From an uncultured Gammaproteobacteria bacterium (GTDB taxonomy: Bacteria > Patescibacteriota > Microgenomatia > UBA1406), in NCBI GenBank assembly GCA_964414145.1, contig CAYPVH010000003.1, positions 30,592 through 94,591 of the forward strand: a stretch of 64,000 bases of DNA. The letters are read 5' to 3'. The notes under the pieces are model-generated. The model made no database searches and was not told where the DNA came from. It saw nothing but the letters and a program-made list of their open reading frames with translations. Both the position numbers and the translations under genes were made by a program. Positions 18,278-26,629 of the stretch are shown piece by piece (position 1 is the stretch's first letter; the number at the start of each line of letters is the position of its first letter).

Positions 18278-18540
18278 TAGGAGTTAGGATATAGGAGTTA
18301 TGAGATACGATGGGATAAATTCGAAACTCGAAATCCGAATAAAAACAGGAATATACGAATTTAAGAATTTGGGAATTTAGGAATAAGGGAATAAATTCCA
18401 ATAACCAAATTCCAAGCGTCCAAACAAATCACAAACACCAAAAAACAAACATACATAAACAATAAAATCCAATTTTAAAATTTTGAATTATGTCTGCCAA
18501 ATCGGCGGATTGAATAAATTTAGAAGCTTGAAATAAGAAA
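18278..18540 (+). repeat. mosaic intergenic repeat, copy A of a ~270-bp inverted pair (partner 45320-45597)
   Basis: By manual alignment, 18339-18445 matches the reverse complement of 45384-45488 at roughly 9 of 10 positions. The flanking modules also match, with indels. Confidence 0.85.
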
Positions 18541-18630
18541 TAAAAATAGAAATCAATTTCCTAATTTCCAGAAACAAATTTCTATTTATGAACTATAAAC
18601 TCTAAACTCTAAACTACAGTCATGGGATTT

Positions 18631-19020
18631 TTAGCCGTTATTAGATTCGGAGGACTCTATTTTTTTAACTATCTTTTCTACCTCGCTGTTATTTATTTTA
18701 TGATACCGCCCCTTGTGCGAAAGCAAGGCGCCCGAAAAAGTTTTGGGTATATGCATCAGTTCATGAATTAAGGTTTTTAATTGTTCTCTTTTGGGTAATT
18801 TGTCAAAGTATTTGCTATTTACTTCTATAATGTAATGTGGCTCTATGTTAGCCACTTCTTTGAATAATTTAGACATACCCCAAATTCGGGCAATTGCCCT
18901 AGTTTTAGCTGTATAACTGCGAATACAGTGCACCCGGCTGGTATTGATATGACTAAAACCGCATAGCTTAACCAAAGCTTCTATTTCTGCTTTAATTTGT
19001 GGGGCCTTGTCGTATTTCAT
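18631..19020 (-). CDS. putative HExxH metallopeptidase (small, archaeal-type predicted metallopeptidase-like)
   Basis: LIHELMHIPKTFSG motif. ATG 19020 is preferred because TGTTATTAT (19027-19035, minus strand) lies 6 nt upstream. Confidence 0.6.
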   Translation of the reverse strand: MKYDKAPQIKAEIEALVKLCGFSHINTSRVHCIRSYTAKTRAIARIWGMSKLFKEVANIEPHYIIEVNSKYFDKLPKREQLKTLIHELMHIPKTFSGALLSHKGRYHKINNSEVEKIVKKIESSESNNG

Positions 19021-19099
19021 TTGTAAATAATAACATCTTTTTACCAAGAATTTATTAATGAATTAAAGTATAAGATCAGATCTAGATAAGGTATTAATT

Positions 19100-19108
19100 T
19101 GGTAGAAT
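19100..19108 (+). promoter_or_regulatory. extended -10 box TGGTAGAAT, 8 nt before ATG 19117
   Basis: TGnTAGAAT with no SD before the start. Confidence 0.4.
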
Positions 19109-19116
19109 TAATCATC

Positions 19117-20787
19117 ATGAGAAACCTACTAGCGGTGCTGTTTATAGCCTTAATGATTATTATTTTGCCAGGTATTGTTGTTGCCAATAATGAATTAAAT
19201 AATAATATTTTTGGAATTCATCTGGCTGTGCCAACAGATGAAGATTTAGAAGCTGCAGCCGATATGGTTAATTCATCAGGTGGCGACTGGGGTTATATAA
19301 CTTTGGTAATTCAGGAAAACGATAGAGATGTAAACAAATGGCAGGGAATTTTCAATAAAATGCGCAGAGAGCATTTAATTCCCATTGTACGGCTTGCTAC
19401 GGTACCAGACGGAAATAGTTGGAAGCGGGCAAGTGAAGAAAATATTAATGACTGGCTAAACTTTTTAAATTCGCTTAACTGGGTAGTTAAAAGACGTTAT
19501 GTAATTCTTTTTAATGAACCGAATCATGCATTGGAGTGGGGTGGGGCAGTTGATCCGATTGATTACGGTAAGGTTGCCTATAAGCTGGCGAGTGGTTTAA
19601 AAAGCAGTAATAGTGATTATTTTATAATGTTGGCAGGTCTTGACCAATCGGCACCGCAACAGCCACCCAACTACATGGATGAAGCGGTTTTTCTAAGTTC
19701 TGTACTACGGGAATCTGGGCAAACCGTAGAAGAATGGGAAATGGTTGTTGATGGCTTAAGTTCACATTCATACCCAAACCCGGCTTTTTCCGGAAACCCA
19801 TATTCTACCGGTCGCGGCACCATTTTAGGATATGAGTGGGAACTAAACTATTTAAAAAGTTTAGGATTTGAAAAGGAATTACCTGTTTTTATTACTGAAA
19901 CCGGCTGGAAACGGGGGGGGTTGTCTGAATCGGCTGTTTCTGATTATATAGCTAGTGCTTTCAATGACATCTGGAAAAATGACAGTAGAGTTAAAGCCGT
20001 TACCCCTTTTATTCTTAATTACCAGTCAGCGCCATTTTTGGAATTCTCGTACCGCAAAGAAAATAGCAGTGAGTATTACAGCCAATTTTATACAACAAGG
20101 GACATTAATAAAGTTAATGGAGATCCGGAAATTATTTCTAAATTTAATTTATTAAATGGGCTACCGAAAGAGTTGGTTCAAAGTTCTAAATTTAATTTTA
20201 TTATTGATGTAATAAATAAAGGTCAGAGTATTTGGGATTCGCTTGATGGTTACGACTTTTCAGTAGTTAGTGATGCCAACTTTAAATACAGGTTTTCGCC
20301 TCTTAATGGTATTATTCCCGGAGCTTTTGAAAAAGTATCGTTATACATACAAACACCTGAGAAGGTAGGAAAACACCTACTTCAGATTGGCTTGTTTAAA
20401 AATGGAAAGCTTGTATCTAATTTGAAAGAATGGCATATAAAAGTGATTCCTTATGTTGATGTAAATTTAGAATATAGTTTGTTATTTAGCCTTAAAGATA
20501 ACGTTAATGGTTTTCAGGCCGAAGTGTATGACTCAGTAGAGAGGTTGGTTTATAAAAGAAGCAATCTTGAAGGCATAAGTGGACAGATTCAATTAAAAAG
20601 GGTAAAGAACGTTGCTATTGGTGAAACTTATAGGGTAGTTTTATTGAAGAAGGGTTATTTACCTAGGCAACAATATTTAACAGTTAGTAAAACAGGTAAT
20701 TTGGTTAAGTTTGAGCGCCATTTACCGGTAGACTGGAATGGCGATGGTAAGTTAAGTTTAGCGGATTTAGTTTGGTTTTTAAAGTAA
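19117..20787 (+). CDS. secreted clan GH-A-like glycoside hydrolase with C-terminal dockerin/EF-hand-like repeat
   Basis: N-terminal signal/TM (LLAVLFIALMIIILPGIVVA). LFNEPNH (acid/base NEP) and FITETGW (nucleophile) arrangement. C-terminal DWNGDGKLSLADL loop. Confidence 0.65.
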   Translation: MRNLLAVLFIALMIIILPGIVVANNELNNNIFGIHLAVPTDEDLEAAADMVNSSGGDWGYITLVIQENDRDVNKWQGIFNKMRREHLIPIVRLATVPDGNSWKRASEENINDWLNFLNSLNWVVKRRYVILFNEPNHALEWGGAVDPIDYGKVAYKLASGLKSSNSDYFIMLAGLDQSAPQQPPNYMDEAVFLSSVLRESGQTVEEWEMVVDGLSSHSYPNPAFSGNPYSTGRGTILGYEWELNYLKSLGFEKELPVFITETGWKRGGLSESAVSDYIASAFNDIWKNDSRVKAVTPFILNYQSAPFLEFSYRKENSSEYYSQFYTTRDINKVNGDPEIISKFNLLNGLPKELVQSSKFNFIIDVINKGQSIWDSLDGYDFSVVSDANFKYRFSPLNGIIPGAFEKVSLYIQTPEKVGKHLLQIGLFKNGKLVSNLKEWHIKVIPYVDVNLEYSLLFSLKDNVNGFQAEVYDSVERLVYKRSNLEGISGQIQLKRVKNVAIGETYRVVLLKKGYLPRQQYLTVSKTGNLVKFERHLPVDWNGDGKLSLADLVWFLK

Positions 20788-20790
20788 ATA

Positions 20791-21486
20791 CTATTTTCTA
20801 GCCGAAATAATATAGCGATAGGCAAAAAGTTTAAGGATAGGTAAGTTACCGGCAAGTAGGTTTATGGCAGACAGAGTTCTTGACCAGTTGAATAGAGGTA
20901 AGGGGAATAACCCAAGACCAGTAATTTGTATCTGACTAAAACCAGCTGATCTTAGTTTGTTTTTGATATTAAAATATGAGCATTGGAATATTCCAGCTTC
21001 TATTTTCCAATTTGAAAATAAGCTAATAACAAAAACCCAGGCAGGGTTAAGGCAGTTAGGTTCGGAAAAAATAATTGACCCATTTTGTGTAAGGTTGGCA
21101 AAAAAAAACCGAAAATAATCTTCAAGATTAATATGATGCAAGATATCGGTTCCACAAATAATAGAATGTTTGTTTTTACCTAAGCTATAATATGTTTTAA
21201 TAAATTTACTTTTACCAATAATTTTTGCATTGACTTTCAGCTGATCAAGCGAACTTTTACTAATATCTATAGCTAAAACATTATAGTTGGCTTTTAGAAG
21301 TGATATAGATAACCTTCCAGTTCCTGCCCCAAAGTCTACGATTAATTCATTACGATGATTTTTATTAATATAATCAAGAATATATTGTAACTCAAGATTA
21401 TTATGTAGCGGGGGGTTAGTTACAAGTCTTGTTGAATACTGATGATCCTTATTTCTGAAGTAAATTTCTTGTTTATTTATTTGCAT
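20791..21486 (-). CDS. class I SAM-dependent methyltransferase
   Basis: VDFGAGTGRLS SAM motif. Confidence 0.75.
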   Translation of the reverse strand: MQINKQEIYFRNKDHQYSTRLVTNPPLHNNLELQYILDYINKNHRNELIVDFGAGTGRLSISLLKANYNVLAIDISKSSLDQLKVNAKIIGKSKFIKTYYSLGKNKHSIICGTDILHHINLEDYFRFFFANLTQNGSIIFSEPNCLNPAWVFVISLFSNWKIEAGIFQCSYFNIKNKLRSAGFSQIQITGLGLFPLPLFNWSRTLSAINLLAGNLPILKLFAYRYIISARK

Positions 21487-23236
21487 ATAATAAATCTAAA
21501 AATTTGTTTTTGCTAAAATTTGAATCCTTTTTTAAAATAATTACTTCGGGGTGGTCGTAAACTGTGAAGGCTTCTTCAGCGGCAGTATCTGGTATTCTGA
21601 TGCTGAAATTACCAAAGCGAATTCCCGGAAACGAAGTGTATCTTGCCATAATATTAAACCCAAGTTTTTCGTTTAGCAAAAGTGAATAATAACGACTGGT
21701 AATAGGGAACAATTGCGGGAACTGGGGTATTACTGCCCATAAACGGTTGCTGGATAAGACAATATAATCGGTTTTTAATAGTGTATTAGCTATTTTAGTC
21801 CATTTTTCTTTATTATCTTTTTGGTAAAAATCTACTGTAATCAGTTCAAATTGTTTTTGATTGTTAATTGTTAGGGGTAAAGGGTCATCCCAATATTCAA
21901 CGATAAATTTTGAATGATTAGTGGCGTTATTGTATAACCACCTTGATGCTTGGACTCTGGTGTGGGGTTTTAGATAAATATTCATAAACATTAAAGTCCA
22001 AAAAATGCCCAGAAAATAGAGTGAAACTTTTAGCCATTTAAACTTAATGGTACTTAGTGCAAAACCGGCAAATAAGGCAAAGAGTGGGTAGAGCATATAA
22101 AAATAGCGCATTGTTTTTGCTATCTGCGAGCTTTGATATATTGAAAAAAATAATAACCAGCCAATAGTTACAATAATTAACATATGGCGTTTTTGTTTAA
22201 AAACCTTTTTAAGATTAACTATCGAGACTAAATAAATGGCACCATATAAAGCTAGAAGGAAAAAGGCTGGTCCAAGACCAAAGAAAAAGATATTCTTTAA
22301 CGGAAAAAAGAAACCCTTATTTAACCACTGTAGGTTAGGGGGGAAAAAGGTAGAGCTGTTACTTAAAGTTTGTAGCGTTTTTAAACTAGTAATAAATTTT
22401 GTACTGAGTGTTAGGTTAAAAAAGTTGGCATATTCAAAAATATAAGGGTCAAATAGCCTTAAGAAGCTGTAAGACAGCAGTGTTAATATAGCTAGTCTAA
22501 GAAATATAACATTGATTTTTTTGTTCTTGGCGTTTAACACAAAGAGCAATATTATTAGTGGAAGAGCAAAAATAATACTTATTTTTGTAGCCAGTGCCAG
22601 AGAAAGAAAAAGAGCGGTAAAAAAAACGTTGTTTTTAAGAGCAAAATATAATGACCAGGTAAACATAGCCACTAAAAATGTATCTGTAGTAAAAAAGTGA
22701 GATTGTTGAATTGGTAGAACAAATAAGCTATATAAAAGGGCAGCATAAAAGGCTATAGAATTATTTTGTTTGTGATGATTCAGTAAGGTTTTTGCTAAAA
22801 AGTAAACTGCAATAATGGTACTGGTGTCGAAAAGGGCAGATAAGGTTCTGCCAAGAATATACAGTTTTTCATAGTTGTTAAAATCAAAAATAACAGCAAG
22901 TATTTTTGTTAATGTTAGAGGAAAGTGACCATAAACAAAAAAATCAAAGCCATTATTGTATGGGTTAAGAGTAGAGGTTGCTGGATTAAAATAGTTAAGT
23001 AAATTAGAGGGTAGTTTTAATGCAATGGTTACCATTGCCAGAAAGCGTTCGTCTGGATGCAGATAGAAACCCGAATCCCAATTTAGCCCAGTTAATCTGA
23101 GTGTTAGTCCAATAAAAACTAAAAATGTTAGTAATATAATATTTTTTAACAAAGGATTAATTTTTGTTATACTAAACGCAGGTTTAGTTTTCATTGTGTT
23201 TAATAGTTTATCAGTTTTATAAATATTTATGATCAA
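21473..23236 (-). CDS. GT-C-fold polytopic membrane glycosyltransferase (ArnT/PMT-like)
   Basis: 587 aa, more than 10 hydrophobic segments, and LHPDERF in the first extracytoplasmic loop. Start uncertain (alternative Met at 23194). Confidence 0.65.
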   Translation of the reverse strand: MIINIYKTDKLLNTMKTKPAFSITKINPLLKNIILLTFLVFIGLTLRLTGLNWDSGFYLHPDERFLAMVTIALKLPSNLLNYFNPATSTLNPYNNGFDFFVYGHFPLTLTKILAVIFDFNNYEKLYILGRTLSALFDTSTIIAVYFLAKTLLNHHKQNNSIAFYAALLYSLFVLPIQQSHFFTTDTFLVAMFTWSLYFALKNNVFFTALFLSLALATKISIIFALPLIILLFVLNAKNKKINVIFLRLAILTLLSYSFLRLFDPYIFEYANFFNLTLSTKFITSLKTLQTLSNSSTFFPPNLQWLNKGFFFPLKNIFFFGLGPAFFLLALYGAIYLVSIVNLKKVFKQKRHMLIIVTIGWLLFFSIYQSSQIAKTMRYFYMLYPLFALFAGFALSTIKFKWLKVSLYFLGIFWTLMFMNIYLKPHTRVQASRWLYNNATNHSKFIVEYWDDPLPLTINNQKQFELITVDFYQKDNKEKWTKIANTLLKTDYIVLSSNRLWAVIPQFPQLFPITSRYYSLLLNEKLGFNIMARYTSFPGIRFGNFSIRIPDTAAEEAFTVYDHPEVIILKKDSNFSKNKFLDLLYANK

Positions 23237-23483
23237 TCCATTTAAAGCAATTGGAGATATGCGAAACTTTCAGAAGAAAGCTCAGGCAATGCAGCAAGCT
23301 TTGGCTCAGGAGGAGGTAGTAGTTGAAAAGAATGGTGTAAAAATAGTGATGAGTGGTGACCAAAAAGTAAAGGTAATTGAAGTAGATGGTGTTTTAGAAA
23401 ACCGAATTGGTGACGCCTTTGCCGAAGCTGTAAAAAAAACCCAAGAAATTGCCGCTCGAAAACTATTGGAAATGCAAGAGTAA
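23229..23483 (+). CDS. ybaB: YbaB/EbfC nucleoid-associated protein
   Basis: 84 aa. MRNFQKKAQAMQQALAQEEVVVEKNGVKIVMSGDQKV pattern. Confidence 0.85.
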   Translation: MINPFKAIGDMRNFQKKAQAMQQALAQEEVVVEKNGVKIVMSGDQKVKVIEVDGVLENRIGDAFAEAVKKTQEIAARKLLEMQE

Positions 23484-23497
23484 GAATTGGTTGTTTG

Positions 23498-24082
23498 TTA
23501 TTTGGGTAGCTTATTTTTAATTTGTTTTATTGCGTGAGATAGGTTGTTGGCTCTGGGTTTGTATTTAATGAATAGTCTGTCTAGAATATTACTCATCCAG
23601 ATTACTTTGGTGTTGGTTTTCTTAATAAGGTGGTCAACAATATCCCAGTTATCTTCTATATAATAATCTAATTTCAGTTCTTTAAGTATGGTTTCTTTAT
23701 ATATATGGGGTTGAATGTCTTTAGTATTTTGAATTATTTTTTTGACATTTTTTAAGTTATATTTACTTAATAAAGTTTCTATATTTCCTTTCATAAAGCT
23801 TAGTCTGGCGGTAATGATGTAAACCTCGTATTGTGGGTTGTTTACAAGATCTAGAAAACTGTTAAAGCCAAAGTTTGGCATAATACTGCTTTTGTGTAGA
23901 AAGGTAATAACACACTTTAATTTACCGTTTTTAGGAATATAGAATTTTGTTTGTTCTATTTTAAATATGTACCTTTTCACGAAATAAATAAGTGGGCGTA
24001 AGACTTTAACGGGATTGTAGTACAAAACGCCGTCGAAATCGAAACCGACTCTAATTTTTCGATGAACATTTTTAATTGCCAT
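23498..24082 (-). CDS. HAD-like hydrolase family protein
   Basis: FDFDGVLY motif I. The remainder is weakly diagnostic. Confidence 0.45.
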   Translation of the reverse strand: MAIKNVHRKIRVGFDFDGVLYYNPVKVLRPLIYFVKRYIFKIEQTKFYIPKNGKLKCVITFLHKSSIMPNFGFNSFLDLVNNPQYEVYIITARLSFMKGNIETLLSKYNLKNVKKIIQNTKDIQPHIYKETILKELKLDYYIEDNWDIVDHLIKKTNTKVIWMSNILDRLFIKYKPRANNLSHAIKQIKNKLPK

Positions 24083-24111
24083 TATTTGCCAATTTTACTA
24101 AAATTCTATTC

Positions 24112-25041
24112 ATGAAACCAATTCTGTTTAAAGGGACTGCGAGCGAAGTAATTGCTAAAAAAATTGCATCATTAAATAATTTAGATATGGGGGCTTTGGA
24201 AGTGGTTCAGTTTAAAAATTCTGAACTTAAGGTTACATTAAAAAGTAAGGTGGCGGGAAGGGAAGTAGTATTGGTACAGTCTACTTCTAACCCGACCAAT
24301 GAAAATCTAATTGAATTATTGTTTACTCTAGACGCACTGAAACGGGAAGGAGCTTACGGTGCAACTGTAATTATTCCATATTTTGGTTATGCCAGACAAG
24401 ATATGCAGCACAGGAAGGGTGAGTGCGTTTCTGCCCACGTTGTTGTAAGGATAATTGAAAGTCTTGGGGCCGGCAAAGTAATAACTGTTGATATTCATGA
24501 CGAATCAATTGGGGGTATATTTTCTATACCTTTTAGAAATGTTTCGGTACTACGTTTAATGGCTAAGGCAATTTACAAAGATTTAAAGATAACTAAAGAA
24601 CAAGAAGCGGGTTATTTAGTTGGATCACCCGACCAGGGAGGAATAGAAAGAGCAAGAAAATTTGCTGAAAGTTTTTATATTGAGGGAGGCGTTAGAGAAA
24701 CTGTGGTTGTTGAAAAGAAACGAAACCTAGACGAGCTTCACCAGTCAAAATCTGTTGAACTGTATGGTGATGTAGCTAATAAGACTGTAATATTGGTTGA
24801 TGACATAGCAACATCGGCCAAGACGATTATTAATGCCGCCAATATGTGTTTAGATAACGGGGCAGTGGGGGTTTATGCAGCTGTGGTGCACCCCGATTTT
24901 GCACAAGGAGTGATGGCAAACATTGAGCGGTCTTCTATAAAAAAGTTTTACACCACAAACACAATAGAAAAAACGGTTGATAAAATATCTGACTATTCTA
25001 AATTTGTTATAGTAGACGTGACCGAAATATTTGAACTATAA
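24112..25041 (+). CDS. prs: ribose-phosphate pyrophosphokinase
   Basis: IPYFGYARQD, VDIHD, and the PRPP loop VILVDDIATSAKT. ATG 24112 is preferred over the longer ORF starting at 24076. Confidence 0.9.
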   Translation: MKPILFKGTASEVIAKKIASLNNLDMGALEVVQFKNSELKVTLKSKVAGREVVLVQSTSNPTNENLIELLFTLDALKREGAYGATVIIPYFGYARQDMQHRKGECVSAHVVVRIIESLGAGKVITVDIHDESIGGIFSIPFRNVSVLRLMAKAIYKDLKITKEQEAGYLVGSPDQGGIERARKFAESFYIEGGVRETVVVEKKRNLDELHQSKSVELYGDVANKTVILVDDIATSAKTIINAANMCLDNGAVGVYAAVVHPDFAQGVMANIERSSIKKFYTTNTIEKTVDKISDYSKFVIVDVTEIFEL

Positions 25042-25054
25042 CAATTATATTTAT

Positions 25055-25675
25055 ATGAAATTACCACAACCCTTACAAGAGCTGATTGATCAGTTTCAAG
25101 CTTTACCGGGAATAGGCAAAAAAACGGCCGGTAAGTTGGCATTTTATTTGCTTAATGTACCACAGGAACAGTTACTTCGTTTTTCCGGAGCCTTAAAAGA
25201 CCTAAAATTAAAAACAAAAAAGTGCCAAACCTGTTTTAATTTAACTGAAGAAGAGGAGTGCCAAATTTGCGCTGACCTTCGCCGGGATAAACGAAAAATT
25301 TGTGTTGTTGAAGAGGTGCTGGATTTATTGGTGGTTGAGCAAACACAGAAGTTTGATGGTGTTTATCATGTTTTATATGGAAGAATAGACCCTTTGAATA
25401 ACTTGGGTCCGGATGACATTTACATACCCCAATTACTTAAGAGAATAAAAAGCAGTGAGCAGGGTATTGAAGAAGTGATTTTAGCCACTAACCCAAACAT
25501 GGAAGGCGAAACTACCGCTATGTATTTAAGAAATAAACTAAAAGAACTAATGAACGAAAAGGGTATTACCTTTAAGGTTACCCGTCTTGCATACGGTTTA
25601 CCGATGGGTGCAAGCATAGAATATGCTGATTACGGTACTTTAGGCACTGCCTTTGAAAATCGAAGCAATTTTTAA
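25055..25675 (+). CDS. recR: recombination protein RecR
   Basis: LPGIGKKTAGKLAFYLL HhH, CxxC...CxxC zinc finger, Toprim region (ICVVEE..., ILATNPNMEGETTA). Confidence 0.9.
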   Translation: MKLPQPLQELIDQFQALPGIGKKTAGKLAFYLLNVPQEQLLRFSGALKDLKLKTKKCQTCFNLTEEEECQICADLRRDKRKICVVEEVLDLLVVEQTQKFDGVYHVLYGRIDPLNNLGPDDIYIPQLLKRIKSSEQGIEEVILATNPNMEGETTAMYLRNKLKELMNEKGITFKVTRLAYGLPMGASIEYADYGTLGTAFENRSNF

Positions 25676-25679
25676 GAAA

Positions 25680-25708
25680 GAGGTCCGTCCTTTTTAAGGA
25701 CGGACCTC
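25680..25708. repeat. REP-like hairpin, copy 2
   Basis: GAGGTCCGTCC tttttaa GGACGGACCTC, perfect 11-bp stem. Confidence 0.9.
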
Positions 25709-25718
25709 AAATACTAGA

Positions 25719-26423
25719 CTACTCTAGTAGGTAATTCTTTATATTGTTTATATTTTTGTCTTTTTTATCTTTCTGATTATACTTAATAAAATTACTTCTT
25801 CCTTTTGCTAATTTTAAAACAAACTTTGTTGTTAACCATACAGGAGGCGTTGATCCACTTACATAATGGTGGTAACTGGAGTATGGATAATCTTGCCAAC
25901 AAGTCCATGCTTTATAATTTGGAAAATTAATCGATTTTAGTTTTGATGGGTTATGATTAATATACTTGATAAGTTGAAGAAGATATTGATCATTGGCTAT
26001 AAGCGTTCCTTTGTAGCGACTTTGGAACAAGGGGCCAATTCTTGTATATCGTTTATTAAAATATTTTGTATATTTAGTAAAAATAGTTCGCATAAAGGAA
26101 GGGAGATCTCTGGAGTCTTCTTGTTTTAATATAAAATGAAAATGATTGGGCATAAGTAAATAATAATGCAACTGAATCTTCTCATAGAAACTGTTTGACT
26201 GGGCATAGTTTATTATTTGCAGCCTTATATAATCCATCTCTTTTACTTTCTCAAGTGAATATTGTTTCAGAAAAGATGGTGGTGAAAGATATATTTTGAA
26301 GCAATACAACAATACCCTAAAATCTAAATCATCTATGAATATACTACGTTTTTCAACACCACGGTTGTATACATGGTAGAAAGATTTGTCTTTATATTGT
26401 TTTAGTATGTTTCTGCTTGGCAT
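25719..26423 (-). CDS. REP-associated tyrosine transposase (RAYT; IS200-like Y1/HUH family)
   Basis: FYHVYNRGVEKRSIF, LLMPNHFHFIL (HUH), GPLFQSRYKGTLI, and YINHNP (catalytic Tyr region). Confidence 0.85.
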   Translation of the reverse strand: MPSRNILKQYKDKSFYHVYNRGVEKRSIFIDDLDFRVLLYCFKIYLSPPSFLKQYSLEKVKEMDYIRLQIINYAQSNSFYEKIQLHYYLLMPNHFHFILKQEDSRDLPSFMRTIFTKYTKYFNKRYTRIGPLFQSRYKGTLIANDQYLLQLIKYINHNPSKLKSINFPNYKAWTCWQDYPYSSYHHYVSGSTPPVWLTTKFVLKLAKGRSNFIKYNQKDKKDKNINNIKNYLLE

Positions 26424-26438
26424 AGTAGGCTAGTTCTT

Positions 26439-26467
26439 GAGGTCCGTCCTCTTTAAGGACGGACCTC
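26439..26467. repeat. REP-like hairpin, copy 3
   Basis: GAGGTCCGTCC tctttaa GGACGGACCTC. The left flank ctagttcttGAGG is shared with copies 4 and 5. Confidence 0.9.
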
Positions 26468-26612
26468 ATGCAAATAAGTAAAAATGTAGCATATAAATTA
26501 AGGGTTGTCTGCAGACTAAAGTCTACATTTTGATTATTGGGGAAAGTTGGGGAAATAAAAATGAAGTTTTAAGCAAACTAAGTAAACAAAAGGGTGCAGA
26601 AAAATTGAGGGC

Positions 26613-26621
26613 TGATATAAT
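26613..26621 (+). promoter_or_regulatory. extended -10 box TGATATAAT, 8 nt before trpS ATG
   Basis: Exact TGnTATAAT with no SD. Confidence 0.5.
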
Positions 26622-26629
26622 AAATAAAT

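Larger units (their letters stand above)
25680..26467 (-). mobile_element. REP - RAYT - REP unit
   Basis: Y1/HUH transposase-like gene flanked 10 nt and 15 nt from its ends by two copies of the same hairpin in inverted orientation. Confidence 0.75.
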
